Assembly: GCF_030144855.1 (NCBI RefSeq)
Contig: NC_082724.1
Location: 47,368,001 to 47,432,000 of the forward strand
Direction: 5' to 3'
DNA length: 64,000 nt
Source: Hypanus sabinus
Taxonomy: Eukaryota
Below, piece after piece: positions 9,405 through 23,166 of this stretch (within the stretch, counting starts at the first letter, position 1; the number at the start of each line of letters is the position of its first letter). A program made the position numbers and the translations under genes. The notes beneath the pieces are model-generated. The model was not told the DNA's origin and did no database searches. It was given only the letters and a program-made list of their open reading frames with translations.

Positions 9405-12400
9405 TTCCAGGACATTTCCAGAGTAATTGAATATGTTGGCCAATGCAGTCACTTTGAAACTTAGGAAGCAAAATGCAGTCGCTTGGTTTAGACAAGCTGA
9501 GGCCCAGTTCTCAACGCAAGAGATCACTGCCGATGACACCAAATTATACGGTTGTTGCGTCGCTCAGCAACTCTACGACTGCGAGAGTGGTGAGTCTGCT
9601 TGAACACCCGTCTGAACACGATAAACAGCGATGGCTGAAAACACAGCTTTTACAGGCTTTTGGACTATTGGAGTCTGAGCTCACCAACAGTTGTTCTCTT
9701 TACCCAGTCTTGGTGATGCTAGGCATTTGGACCACATGCCGTCTCTCCTGGGAAATCTCCATCCTTGTTTTATTTTTAAAGGACTCGTCATGTAGCAAAT
9801 GCCTGATCAAGTTTGCATAGTCCTCGCTAATGCACCCATGAAAGACTAAAGGGAGCGTGCTAAAATGGTCTGGACTCATCATTTCTCTTCCTTTTGGTAC
9901 TTCAAAAAGCCTGGCCAGCAAGGTTCCCAACATAAGGATGTTCGCCGCTGCGAAACAGAAATGCCAGACCTGTGTTCTTACCATGCTTGCTTTGGTATGG
10001 ACACTAGGAAGTGCTGACCAGCTCACAACTTTGACAGTGCAGCACATCGGGACATCAGAGATCTGTAAACACCATGGGCTGCAGCTGTCAGGGTTGTCTA
10101 CTGTTCATTACAGACACCCTTTCAGGGCAACGCCTCTTATGTAACATAGGTGCTGAAGTGAGTGTTCTGCCAACAGAGCCTATTGATGAGAAGGCAAAGA
10201 GCGAGAAGACGTCACTGGAGGCCACCAAAGGCAGCAGGATTCTGACTTACAGGACAAAATGGGTGACCCTGTACTTCAGTGGGTCACGTTACACATGGGA
10301 CTTTGTCCTGGCTTAAGTGGCTAGACCCCTGCTCGGTCTAGATTTCCTGTCTATTAGTCAATCTTAAGAACTGCCAGCTTGTGAATGTCAAAGACTTTGG
10401 ATCAATACCCTGCTTCCCCGGTAAATTCCCCACAACTCTGTCAAGCACATTCACCACAATATACGGGTTTACTCAACTGATGGGCAAATTCCCAAACCTC
10501 ACTAAGCCCAAATTCCTCACAACAGTTACAAAACATGGGGTTGAGCAGCACATTTCCATAACTGGCCCTTCAGTCCATGCCTGTGTGTGCAGACTGGACC
10601 CAGAAAAGCTGGCAACTGCGAAGGCTAAGTTTGCCAACACAGAAAGACTCAGCATTGTGCACCAACTGAATAGCCCCTGGGCTTTGCCCTCCATATGGTC
10701 CCTAAGTCTGATGGAGGTCGCTGCCACGTGGTGATTAATGACACCCAAACGAGGCCGATGCCCCCGATTATTACCTGGTCCCACACATCCAAGACTTTTT
10801 GGCATATTTCCCAGAAAGTTAAATTTTTCCAAAGCCGATTCTGTTAGGGGCTACCATCAGGCACCAGTGTGCTCAGAGGGCATTCCAAAAGCAGCCGTTA
10901 TAACCCCATTTGGCCTTTTTGAGCTCCTGTGCATGCCAGTTGGACACACTTTCTAATGGTTGACAGACTCTGTATTAAAAGACTTAGATTTGCTTCTTGT
11001 TTACCTAGATGACATACTTGTCACCAGTGTTCAAATCCAAACAAATATCTCATCTTCGCACACGTTTCGAGCGTGTAAGCCAACATGGGTTGATTATTAA
11101 CCCTGTTAGATGCCAGTTTGAGTTGTTACAATGAATGCTACTATGGATTTCCCAACTCTCCGCACTACTGAGAAACTGCAGGAATTTTTAGGTATGGTAA
11201 ACTTCTATCACCGCTTCATTCTGCAAGCTGCTGAACTTACACTGTATATTGCGCTTAAAGGCAGTACCCCTAATCACATGCTTGACTGGTCAGGGCATTA
11301 GATGATACCAAATGAGCTCTTTATATCACAACCCTAATACTTCACCCACTCCTCAACACATTTATAGCCATTACTACTAATGCCTCAGACTATGCTATGG
11401 ATGCTGTGCATGAACAGTTGGTCACCTTCTTTAGCCGGCAGCTCTGTCCCCCTGAAAGAAAGTACAGCATGCTGTCTGCCATTTTTGTTTTTTTCTAGAG
11501 GGTTGCCTTTTCACGGTATTTGTTGACCACAAACTCATCATGCACACAATGGCCAAAATATCAGACCCTTGGTCTGCACGGCAACAATGCTAGCTGGCTG
11601 ACATATCCAAGCTCCTAAATGATATACAGCATACCAAGGGGAAAAATAATTCCATGGCCAATTGCCTCTCAGAGCCAGCTATAGGGGCTGTCTATGTTGG
11701 CATGGCAGCTGACCAAGTTACTAACCCGGAGGTCCATACTTGCCCAAAAGCAGTCATGGGCCTACATTTGGCTGACATTAAGTTCACGGGAGCTTGGTAT
11801 TCTCTTCTGTGAGGTGTCTAATCAGGTTGCCATATCGTGACCGCAAAATGGAATCGGACTGTTTTTGTCTCCATACGCGGCCTCTTGCATCTGGGCTGGA
11901 GTGTCTCACTGAAACTGGTTTCACTCAAGTTTGTTTGGCACAGCCTCAGAAGTGATGTGCATGATTGGCCTGCAGCTTCTGTAGAGTGCAAGCAAGCAAA
12001 AGTTAACAGAAGTCTTCAGGCACCATTGGCAACTTTTTAGGTCCCTGAGTGATGGTTTGACGATGCCAATGTGGACATTGTTGGTCCACTTCCTCCCTTT
12101 CCACCGGTTCATGCACCTTCTTACTATGGTGGATCTTACCACCAGCTGGCTAGAGGTAATTCCTTTAGCATCAACGATGGCTGTAGACATGGCTCAGGTG
12201 TTCATCAGCACCTGGGTTGATCGGTTTGGTGCCCCACCTGATATTTCCTCTGACCGCGGTCCTCAATTCACTTCAGATCTCTGGGCTGCAGTGGCCCAGA
12301 ACCTTGGTGTTAGGCTACATCACACCAATGGCCTATGTGAGGGGATTCACAGCTTCTTAAAGACTGCTCTGAGGGCACCTCTGACTAATGAGTGTTGGCA

Positions 12401-13008
12401 TGATTGTCTCACATGGGTCCTGCTGGGGCTGAGCGAGCTCCAAAAGATGACCTGCTGTCGTCTGTAGCAGAGTTGGTATATGGACAGCCGTTATGAGTCC
12501 CAGGTGATTTCATTCCCAATGCCATGACTGCCTGGTTGGCCTCTCAACAGCATTCCACCCTTCTCAGTAAATTCAGTTTCTTTTCAACTACTCCTATCTT
12601 CCATCATGGCAAACAGCACTCTGGGGTTCCTGTTGACCTACATTCCCCCTCGTTTGTTTTCATCCACCATGATGCACACTGTCATCCCTTTAGGCACCCC
12701 CCCCCCCCCCACTTACAATGTCCCGTTCTGTGTCTTGGAAAAAGGAGTAAAGACTTTCATCACAGATAAGAGAGGTAAATCTGAACATATTTCAGTAGAT
12801 TGCCTTAAACTGGCCCACAAAGATTTGGAATATTCTGCTGCCTTGCCTCTGGCATCACACAATGACCATGAACATGTCAACGCACCTCTGGATGAGCCAG
12901 AAGCATCTGCCATTCCTCCACCCATAGAACACAGGACCCAAGTCAGGCAGCTCCTCTGAGCTGCAGGTAGGCTCACAATGCCAGTTTTAGTGAATTCTGG
13001 GTGGCCTG

Positions 13009-13212
13009 TGTATGATAACGTAATTGGGAGAAATGTATATAATTCACAACCACTGACATTGAGTTGGGGTTTTGCTTCAAGAGGCTGGTCTGATGAGGGT
13101 ACATAACGATTTGGAGCACGCTTTTGTGTTTGGGCTTTGGAGTTCAATAAAATGTATTACAAGTTTCATTAAACTAAAACGCCTCACTTTGTTTAATTTG
13201 CGGAAACCTACA
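13009..13212 (+). repeat. 3' LTR
   Basis: TGTATGATAACGTAATTGGG...GAAACCTACA, preceded by a degenerate polypurine tract (ctgggtggcc). Confidence 0.9.
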
Positions 13213-13380
13213 CGGTGAATGAACAAAGACTCGGTTCAGTGCTTCACATGATAGTAAAGCAACCCTCAGTGCAGCTTTAGGGATCTTAATCTAGGTTTCC
13301 TCTTAAATTTGGAGTTGGAACAAAACTCGCAAGCATCTGAACCAAGGACTTGAAATATTTTAAGAGAAAACAACTGTTTA

Positions 13381-13695
13381 GTGGTGGCATTGTGGTGTGG
13401 ATGATACAGTTGATATCTCAGAGTTCCTCTGCTGTGGGTTCAGTTCTGACCTCTGGTGCTCCTATGTATGCAGTTGCAAATAATCCTCGTGACTATGTGG
13501 GTTTCCTCTCGGTGCTCATTTCATCCCACATCTCAAAGGCATGTGGACTGTTTGTCTAATTAGCCACTGTAAATTGCCTTCGTTCTGTAGGTAATATCTA
13601 GTACGGAGTTATCAAGAACATGGGGAAAATGAAATGGGATTCGTGCAGATGGGTGCTTCATACTTTGTCTATGCTCAGTTGGCCTTATGACTCAA
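13381..13695 (+). mobile_element. V-SINE/HE1-like SINE with CR1-type tail
   Basis: tRNA-like head, V-domain-like core (gtgggtttcctc...cccacatctcaaag...tagccactgtaaattgcc), tail ending tatgactc. Confidence 0.65.
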
Positions 13696-16600
13696 TGTTT
13701 TATCAGATTCTGATTCCCAAACTCCAGTAAAGCAGTCAGAAATATGAGTGGTTGGGCTGTGAGAAAACTATATAAATTGGCAGTGACTTGAAAAAACTTA
13801 GAGGCGTTTGTACAAAGCAATCCTCAGGCAAGACTTGCAAACACAACACCCTCCTCCAGATCAGCTGATACAAGAACTCCCAGCAAAGCAAACTGGCTCA
13901 TCAAGAAAGGGTGTCTTTGTTCATTTATGCCACATAATGCTAACTGAGAGAAGTAAAAGGTATAAAAACTCTAGGTCTTGCTGCACCATGTGGTGGGTGA
14001 CTTTTGGAATATTATACTCCAAAAGAAAAATAAAAGTCCATGTCTAAACATTGTCAATCATATGCAGGGACTGCTTGGAAATTGGTTACCTGACTCCAAA
14101 AGACAAATGGTTTAAACTTAGGATGAATAAGTAATTCTGTTGTGGAGATAGAGAATTTTTTCTTTCCACTTGTTGCACTTAGCTGTCAAAGCTATGGAAT
14201 GGAACGTTTGCAATGAAGCTTCAGCTTTACGTTAAGTCAGCTCGTTGATGCTTCAGTGCAATGGTTGGAAGCTGATGGGTGCTACACACGTTAGACCAAG
14301 CTCCAACACTTTCAGCAGTCTTAGCACACAAACATAGTGAAGTTGTTGACTACTCATGACAATCAATGTATATCATTTAGTCTCCACAGAACCAGAAATG
14401 AGGCAAGAAGACCTGGTAGGAAAGCATTGAGTTATTGAGTTTAAAGGATCCCCTCAATCACACCCCAGAGCTCACTGCCACCAGTTAGTATTCATGCACT
14501 AACTTTGGTTTTAGGTAATATTTTACTGTACAAATTTTGTAAACATTCCCAGAGTAAAGGATTAAGTCATCACGCATGATTTTTAGAAACAGAGCCACCT
14601 CTTGACTCACAGTTAAAAGTGAAGAGTGAGTATAGCAATTTGAATCTTAATCACTCAGACGCTTTAGAAAGGTGGGGCTATAAACTGTTCCTTGCAGGAG
14701 CATTTAACCTGCAGATTTTTGCCTTTCTAGAAATACTAATTCAAATTATTAAAGCAACAAAAACTTTTGGTGTTTATTATTCTCCCAATTCATAATGTTA
14801 AAGCTGTTTCAATATTCTTTTTAAACGCTAGTGAGTCAACTTAATAACTGGTCATTTAAATGAACATAAAGCATAACAGACTGTTCCTTTGATGTTCAGA
14901 AGTATGTTGTAATTTTCTAAAAACAGCAGTGTTCACCATTTGTATTCAATCCAAGCAAATGGCATACTGGGGAAGCAGAAGTAAAATTCCTGCTCTTGAG
15001 ACAATTATTGCATTTCACTGTAGGAATTGATTGCAGCAATAAATAAATGGCAGAAATTAATTGTCCACATGAATACTTATGTACATGGGCCTTCTGAGCA
15101 GCTGGGTGATATTTACCTTGTAGATTCATAGCACAAAACATTCCATGAATCCTAACTCAATTGACAGCCACTCATTCACATGGTGTGGCATATTGTAAAG
15201 CTGCCCCATATTTGCATAAACTGCTGCAGTATGCGATGTGGCAGGTTGAAGAATGTTCTATCAATAGTATCATCAAAAGTGTAATTTATCATGAAAGAGG
15301 GAAGCAATAAACTTTTGATAGTTATGTTGAAGTTTCCCATTCACAATGTAAGACATCTTTCGATTGACAAAGCAACAGAGGTTTAATGCTGGAACTTAAA
15401 TTATTATTCATGTAGGGTATACCTATTACTCTGTAGTGGCACATATACTGCTTGGGTTTGATAATTGTCCAACTTTGGGACAGCATTTGACATGAAGTAA
15501 TATGGAGTTTTGACTTATTTATGCCCTTACAAAAGCCAAATACATAAATATACTTCCTTGGTGCTTGATTTCATTATTTATACATCATAAATCATTGTGC
15601 AAGCAATAAATTTACATTGAACTGATGTGAGTTTGCTAAACAATGCATAACTGATACTATTATAACGTCTATAATGTCTTCAATGGCATCGACACAAACT
15701 TCAGTTTGATTGACAGTCATATATGCTCTCTCCAATGGACCTTCACATTTCAAATAGCTACAAAATAATAGTGCCAGAAAAACCTAACCCAGATGAAAGT
15801 GAAATGTAAGTACACTTACTTCTCCCCTTTCTTCAATGAACATCAGAAAGAATTCTGAAATTAATATATTTTTTTAAATCCAAAACTTAAAGATGTTACT
15901 CCGGCACTATAAAATTTGCAGCTGCCTTCACTTGGGCTGTCAAAGTATCAACATTTTATATTGACGTTTACAAAATAGCTTTCATACCCCAGCTCAGCTG
16001 AAAAAATGGTCTCATTCTGGATCTCCACGTGGAAAGAAATTCAAGTTCAAACCATCATTTGTGAGGTGGAAAATTGGACCTCTGCTTTAGAGTCCAGAGG
16101 TTAGAATCCCAAGAGGGAGGGTTAGGAACTAATACCTTTTCATATTGCATTGCTTTTCACTGCATAAAAGGATTCCAAATGATTTATCAGGCCTCTGCCA
16201 GATCTAAGTACATTCCTATCAATGAAACTAACTTGCCCACAACACTCGTTATGAAACAAATATGACCAAATGTCCTTGAGATCACTATGTATGCTGTAGC
16301 TTTCTCACAGAGAAACCAATACATTTCTCTGAACCAGTGAGGAATATCTCAGTGAACACATATACTTCTGCAAGAGAAAGATGAACTGTTGGGCAGAGAC
16401 TAATTGGAAGAAGTGACCAAAAGGCCAGTCAAAAATATAGTGATCTTTCTTAATCCTGATATAGGGTTTCGATTTGAAATATTGTCAATTTCTTTCCCAC
16501 TACAGATGCTACCTGACCCATTCATTTCCTCGAGCAGTTTTGCTTTCTTGTTTCAGATTACAGCATCTTCAGCCTTTTTGCCTTAACTGTAACTTGTTAA

Positions 16601-16725
16601 AGTTGATCCTAGTTACTTTGAGTGCATCATTCCTTCTGAGACAGTAATTCAAATGTAGGGCACACCTTACCAAGGAATGTAACGTCCATTTGAAGGTCAC
16701 TGATAAGTTTGTTATATCTGTAGGA

Positions 16726-17075
16726 TGGGCATAGCTGTACAGCTGGCAGAGCTGTTGTCTCAAAGTTCCAGGGACCCCAGGTTGAGTCCTGGCCTCTGGT
16801 GCTGTCTGTGTGGAACTTGCACATCCTTCCTGTGAATGTGTGGGTTCCTTTGGCTGCGGAGGTTTCCCACTGCATCCCAAAAATACGCGATTCAGTAGAT
16901 TAATTTGCAAATGGAAAGTTGCCCAAGTGTGTAGGTGACTGGTAGAACCTGGAGAGAGGGGAGGTGGATTGATGGAATGTGGGGAGAATTAAATAAAATG
17001 GTATAAGGGAGAGTTAGTGTAAAAATGGGTGCTTGATGGTCAGCACAGACTCAATGGCTCAAGCTGTATCTCTCA
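16726..17075 (+). mobile_element. V-SINE/HE1-like SINE with CR1-type tail
   Basis: gggaccccaggttgagtcctggcctctggtgctgtctgtgtggaacttgcac core, with tail gggtgcttgatggtcagcacagactcaatgg. Confidence 0.7.
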
Positions 17076-17117
17076 AATGATTATACAATTATAATTTTTA
17101 AGATGTATTGAAGAAAT

Positions 17118-17830
17118 GTAAGCCTAAGATATTGGAGCAGAACTGGCATATTTGGCCTATTGAGTCTGCTCTGCCATACCATCAAGGCTGATTTATTACT
17201 CCTCTCAATCCCATTCTCTTGTTGTCTCCCCATTATCTTTGCTGCCCTACTAATCAAGAACTTATCAGCCTCCACGTTAAATATACCCAAATGACTTTGC
17301 CTTCACAGCTGTCTGTGGCAATTAATTCCATAGATTCACCAACCTCTGGCTAAATAAATTCCTCCTCATCTCTGTCCTAAAGCGATTTCCTTTTATTCTG
17401 ATGCTGTGCCCTCTGGTCCAAAGCTCCCCCATTATAGCAAACATCTTCTCCGCATTCACTCTATCTGGATGTTTCAATATTCAATAGGGTTCAGTGAGAT
17501 CTCCCTCATTCTTCTGAATACAGGCACAGAGCCACCTAATGTGCCTCATGCATTAACCCTTTTGTTCCCAGGGTCATTCTCATAAAATTCCATTGTACCC
17601 TCTCCAATGCCAGCACATCTTTTCTTAGATAAGGAGCCAATACTGTTCACGATACTCAAATGCAGTCTGACTAATGCCTTATAAAACATTAGCATTATGT
17701 CCTTGCTTTTATACCTCGTTAGATTACTTATCTGCAAGTTAACATTTAAGGAATCCTGCACAAGGATTCTTAATTCCCTTTTTATCTCTGATTTTAAATT
17801 GTCTCCCCATTTAGAAAATCGTCTATGTAC
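17118..17830 (-). mobile_element. 5'-truncated CR1 fragment
   Basis: Minus-strand translation YKSKDIMLMFYKALVRLHL, plus a CR1 3' UTR. Confidence 0.85.
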
Positions 17831-18559
17831 AGCATTTATTCCTTATCCTTTAACATGTAATTAAAAGATAACTACAGAGGAAGGAGATGAATATTTTTCT
17901 CTAGCATTTACATTTAGGTGATGAAAGGCTTTGCCATTGATATTGGAGCATAGGTTGTGAAACATTAAAGGACCTGACCTGGAGGTTAGGAAGTAAATTT
18001 ATAGATGACTACAGAGGCAGGAGCCTTTACAGGACTGGGAAGTGAATTTAGGGTGTAATACTGGAAATCAATGGATCAAAGAAGATAAATGATCAGAACA
18101 AGGAATGGGCAACTGGTCCGTTGTGATTTGTGAGGGGTGCCAGCAAGGAGTGCAGTAGGACAATCAAACTTAGAAATTTCAGCAGCGGAAGAAATGCAGT
18201 GGTGTTGGTTGTGGGTGGTGTTGCAAAGATAGAAATAAATGGTGTGGATAACATCAGCAACATCTTGAGTTTACATAACACCTTTAATGTTGAGGGAAAT
18301 CTCCCTGACCACTGTAAAGAGGTAATCAGATAAAATTGGATGAGTGCCAAAGAAGGCTGGTTTTACTGTAAGATTGCTGAAGAGGACAGGGGTGAATTAG
18401 TGGAAAACTTTAAGGAGGAAACTGCAATTTGAGACAAAGACAACATTAATGAGTTAAGCTAGATGCACCTGTGCCTAAGAGGAGAAGACATTTTTATTGG
18501 TGAGTCATAGGAATGCGGACAGGAGGGAGAGAGATAGAAATTTTAAATAAAAATTTCAC

Positions 18560-19020
18560 TGGACTGGAACCTGTTGTAGGTCAGTTGGCTGAGGAGACAG
18601 TGGAGAAGTAGGAAGGAGTGGAAGATAATAGGTGAGCAGGACTTTGACTGTAGATTAAAATCCTCTCACCAGACAAGCATTGGAACAACAGGTGATGAAA
18701 GATTGCATGTATAAGTGATGGCTTGATGAAGTCTGAGACGTAAGTGATCACTGTGATGGAAATAATTTAAAAATTGGCAATCCACCTGGGGTTCAAAAAG
18801 AACGTCAAGGTTACTAACAATGTGGTCAGCTTGTAGAGTGGTTGAATTGGGATGGAATTGGTGATACTTAATAGGGTTTAAAGTGACTATTGGAGAAAAG
18901 GATGATATTTCATCTCCTCCAGGGCTGGATGCTGGCCATGTGGTAGGCCAACACATTCTGCAGGGGCACTTCGACAGAGATGGGCAACATTTGGGGGCAG
19001 AATGTGGAAGCAGAAGTAGA
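18560..19020 (-). mobile_element. Highly degenerate L2-like LINE fragment
   Basis: Minus-strand VSNLDVLFEPQ resembles the L2 'V.NLGV.FD..L' motif. Weak. Confidence 0.3.
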
Positions 19021-19057
19021 GTGATCCAAGAAAGATATTCAGAGAACAGTTTTAAGA

Positions 19058-19330
19058 TGAAAAATGTGTTTGTCACATCTATATTGCAACATCGAAACAT
19101 ATATTGAAATGTGTCGTTTCCATCAATGACGAGTGCAGTCCAAGTATGTGCTGGGAACAGCCTGCAGGTGTCGATATGCTTCCAGCATCAAGGTAGCAAG
19201 CCCAAACCACATTAACCCTATCCCGAATGTCTTTGAAATGTGGGAGGAAACTGGAGCACCCAGAGGAAACCTGCATGGTCATGGGGAGAATGTATAAACT
19301 CCCTACAGGCAGTGGTAGCAATTAAACACT
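19058..19330 (-). mobile_element. tRNA-derived V-SINE, same subfamily as 8347 and 26815
   Basis: tgtgggaggaaactggagcacccagaggaaacc is the reverse-complement V-domain. The tail matches that of 26815. Confidence 0.75.
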
Positions 19331-19344
19331 CAATGCTGTTTTCA

Positions 19345-21770
19345 GACAAATTTCCATTCTCCCTCCTGTAAGCTGATTCATCACCTCCTTTGATATGGCA
19401 GCAGTGCTATCAGCAAACTTGTTTTCATGTACGTACCCACATAGCCATTGGTGTAAAGTTAGTAGAGCTGGAGGCTAACATCCCTCTGGAGCTCCTGTAC
19501 TAATGGAAAATGTGGAGGACATGCTTTTGTCAATTTGAGCTGTCTAAAATCTGCAACAGAAGAAATTCAGAACTCAATAACACAAGGATGTATTGAAGCC
19601 CAGATCTTGGAGTTTACTAATTAGTTTTGAGGGAACAATGGTATTAAGTAATGAGTTGTAATTGATAAAAAGCATCCTGACATATGCACCTTTGCTGTCC
19701 AGATGTTCCAGGGTTGTGTGAAGCGTCAATAAGATGGCATCTGTTGTGGTCGTGTTGCTTCGGTAGCAAATTGGAGCAAATCTAAGTCACCACTCAAACA
19801 GGATCTGATATATTTCAACACCAGCCTCTTAAAACACATCAATGATTGCCACTGGGTGACAGTCATTGATGCCGATTGCCACGCTCTTCTTGGGCACCGG
19901 TACGATTGAAGCCTACTTGAGGCAGGTGGGTACCGCACACAGCTGGAGCGAGACAATGAAAATATCCGTGGACACACCAGCCAGCTGGTCAGCACAGATC
20001 TTCCATACTCAGCCAGATACTCCATCTGGGCATGTTGCTTTCCTCGGATTCACTCTCTTGAAGGCAGCTGGCCTGTCATCTTCAGATACTGAGACCTAAG
20101 GATCATTGGTAGACATGGGGGTGTGTGATGGTTTATCCCCATTCTAGTGGTCAATGTGAGCTCATCTGGAAGCAAAGCTTTGTTGTCCCCTATGTCATAA
20201 GATTTAACTTTGTAGGAGATTATGTCACTCAAACTCTGCCACAACTGTTAAGCATCCTTGTTGGTTCCAGTCTAGTCCAGAATCTCCACTTCACCTGTGA
20301 GATGGCTTTCCAGAGTTCATACCTGCACTGTTTGTAGCACTCTTGATTTCCAGACTTGAATACCTCTGATCTGACCCTCAGCAAATTCAAGATTTCATGG
20401 TTCCTCCAGGGCTTCTGATTGGCATAAACCCTAAACAATTTAGTGGGGTTACACTCAACTTCAGCTGTTTTAATGAAGTCTGTTATGACCCTGGTGTGGT
20501 CATTCAGATCCTCAGATGTGTGCTTGAACATGAGCCAGTCCAGCAACTCAAGGCAATCTGTAACCATTCCTCCATCTCCCATGACCATCTCTTCATTGTC
20601 TTCATCTCTGGAGCCTTGCTGTCTGTGTATGCAGGTAGTAGGAGTACAGCCAAATGGTCCAATTTGCCAAAATGTGCTCTTGAAAAGGAACAATAAGCAT
20701 TTCTTATCATAGTGTAGCAGTGGTCTAGTGTGTTGGGACCATCAGTGCAGCAAGTTATGTGCTGGTGATAATTGGGCAGGGTTTTCTTCAAACAGTCCTG
20801 GTTAAAGTCACAGGCTATAATTTGAAATGTGTCAGGATGGGCTGTAGATGACATTGTACAGTTTTGCAAATGCTTGCTTATAATCAGCTGCTTACTTATT
20901 GGTTTCCAGTCAAAATGGTGCCTAAATATAATATTCCTTGACATCTTTTGGATAGATTCTGAAACCATATATTTGACTTATTTTATGTGTTTTATGCTTG
21001 TTTTTCATATTGAATGTAATTCTGGATCCGTTGGCATCTGTGATTTGCAGTTTGGAAATCATTTGGATGTTTCACTGCTCTGCAATCTCTGAGGGGATTT
21101 CCACATTTTCAGGTTTTCTGCATTTTGGATGTGGGCTTGGACTGAGGACCATTTTTTACATTTTTTTTTATATTCTGTGTTTTATACCTGATCTTTCTTG
21201 CTTTTCATTGTGTGCAGGGTAGGGGGATTTGGGGGTCAACGTGCCAGTTTTTTTGGTTCATTTTTGGTGGAGGAAGGAGGGATTTTGGGGTTGATGATCA
21301 TGTTGCCTTCTTTTCTTTCTTGGTTTCATGGTTGGCTGGAGAAGTAGAATGAAGAATTTTGAAGTTGTATACTTTCATAGTAAATGAACCTTTGAACCTT
21401 TGAATCTTTGGTGGTATATAAACTGCTGTCAGGATCACGGACGAGAACTCCTGAGGCAAGTAGAATGGTCCACATTTAATAGCTAGGTGCTCTAAGTTTG
21501 GAGAACAAGAGGTCGACATAACTCCCAAATCCAAGCACCAAAGGGACTTAACTAAAAAGTACATGCTGCCACCTTTTTCCTTATTGGAGTTGGTGGTTTG
21601 ATGCATTCTGAAATCTGGTTGAATAGCCGCATCTGGTGTGTTCTGTTATCAAGGCTCAAGGCGCTCATCAGCCAAGGGAAACTTTTGAACCCTGTAAGAA
21701 TTTTGCAAGTTTCAGCAAAGTTACTCATTCCTTAAACCACAGCTCAATCTTTTCCATCTCTCGGCATTAC
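19345..21770 (-). mobile_element. Decayed Rex1/Babar LINE (endonuclease plus RT), interrupted at about 20880-21408
   Basis: Minus-strand CSPNLEHLAIKCGPFYLPQEFSSVILTAVYIPP, ACDFNQ...PNTLDHCY, NQKPW and CFKRLVLKYI...LDLLQF. Confidence 0.85.
20880..21408 (+). mobile_element. Unclassified non-coding retroposon inserted into the Rex1/Babar endonuclease region
   Basis: Interrupts the host reading frame after AVYIPP. Ends in taaatgaacctttgaacctttgaatctttg. Its 3' part resembles the reverse complement of 22377-22480. Confidence 0.55.
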
Positions 21771-21854
21771 CATTATCCTATAATCAAACAGGAGGGTGGA
21801 AGGGGGAATCTTTGTTGTATTTCCCTAATCGAGGTATTTTCTGCTTTAAGTGAG

Positions 21855-22350
21855 ACCAAAACTGAGCAGTCCAGATGCAGTCCCATATAACCAAAATAAG
21901 AAATTTCTGTATTCAAATCCTTTCACAACAGCAGCTAATATATCATCTACTTTCCTCATCACTAGTCAGTCCTTCACATTAGTTTTCAGTGATTTGTATA
22001 CCACAACATCTGGGTCCCTTTGAACACCTGCCTTTCCTAATCTGTCTTAAATTATTCCACATTTGTTTCCTGTACTGAAGTACATGCCTTCAAAATTTCT
22101 CCACATATATTCCATATGGCATGTTCCCATAACTCAGTTAGCTTGTCCATTATCTCCTTGAACTTATTTCATCTTCCTCCCTAGTCACAATCCTATCTGA
22201 TTTGGTTTCATCGCAAACTTGGTCATTTTGGATCATCAGCTAAATTGTTGATAAAACTGGTGAACAGCAGTGGCCAGATACCCGCCCCTGAGTTAACCCA
22301 TGGGTCACAGTGTGTCACATGAGGGAGACCCACTTCCTGTCTGTTAATCA
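21855..22350 (-). mobile_element. Very degenerate CR1 RT fragment
   Basis: The reverse complement gives caagtttgcgatgaaaccaaa (KFADD.TK-like) and gttcaaagggacccagatgt (QRDL-like). Confidence 0.5.
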
Positions 22351-22376
22351 CAGAAGACTCCTTTTGTGATCTTGAT

Positions 22377-23110
22377 CAGATTTATTTCAAAGATTTCAAA
22401 GGTATATTTAGTATCAGAGAAATGTATAAAATACACATCCTGAAATGCTTTTTCTTTACAACCAACCACGAAAACAGAAGAGCGCCCCCCCCCAAGAATG
22501 AATGACAGTTAAATGTTAGACCTCTAAAGTACCCACCAGCTTTCCTCCCTCCTGCGTGGAAGCAGCAGCAAGCAATGATGCTCCTCTCCCACCAGCAAAA
22601 AAAAAAGCACTGGCTCACAAGCATTCAAGCGTGCAGCAAAGACACAGACTTGCAATACCCCAAAGACTATTTGTTCACCCGGTGTTTGACATACCACAGG
22701 TTCTCTCTCTCTCACTAATATGGGAGAAAGAGGTGTCTCCGTTTCACAGCAAGGGGGGGGAGACATAACAGACAACTTGCTGGTTTACGATGTTAAAACT
22801 CCATTGGGTCACTTTTCCCGAGCTCTGTACCCAAAGATCTCAGGTTTCCGAGCACACAGCCAAGGACCTTCTACCTCTCATGACACCCCAATCTGCTGCT
22901 GTGACACTGACCTTTAATCTGCCTGTATCCAGAGCCATAAAATCTTGGACCTCCAAAGGCAAGTGAAGCTCTTAGGCCGCACTCTTAGCACATCAAATAA
23001 TGACTAATTGTGAAACCCCGAGAGCAGGGCCCATTCCCACAAAGAACTGTCGTCAGTGAGTAACTCCAGGTCAGGGTCTTCAAAAGAACCCTGAAAGGGA
23101 AAAACAGAGA
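22377..23110 (-). mobile_element. Unclassified non-coding retroposon with (CTTTGAAAT)n tail
   Basis: Begins with the tandem tail atttcaaagatttcaaagg. No recognisable ORF. Related to 20880-21408. Confidence 0.5.
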
Positions 23111-23166
23111 TATTAAAGATAATACTGAGAACATGATTTATAGACTCCTTGAACGTGAGTCCATAG

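Larger units (their letters stand above)
9179..13212 (+). mobile_element. Complete but decayed Ty3/Gypsy LTR retrotransposon
   Basis: Two LTRs, a PBS, and a 4-bp TSD TGGT (9175-9178) / CGGT (13213-13216). Frameshifted pol in PR-RT-RH-INT order: LLCNIGAEVSVLP, FSKADSVRGYHQ/TPFGLFE, YLDD near 11002, TTNASDYA, ISSDRGPQFTS. Confidence 0.93.
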
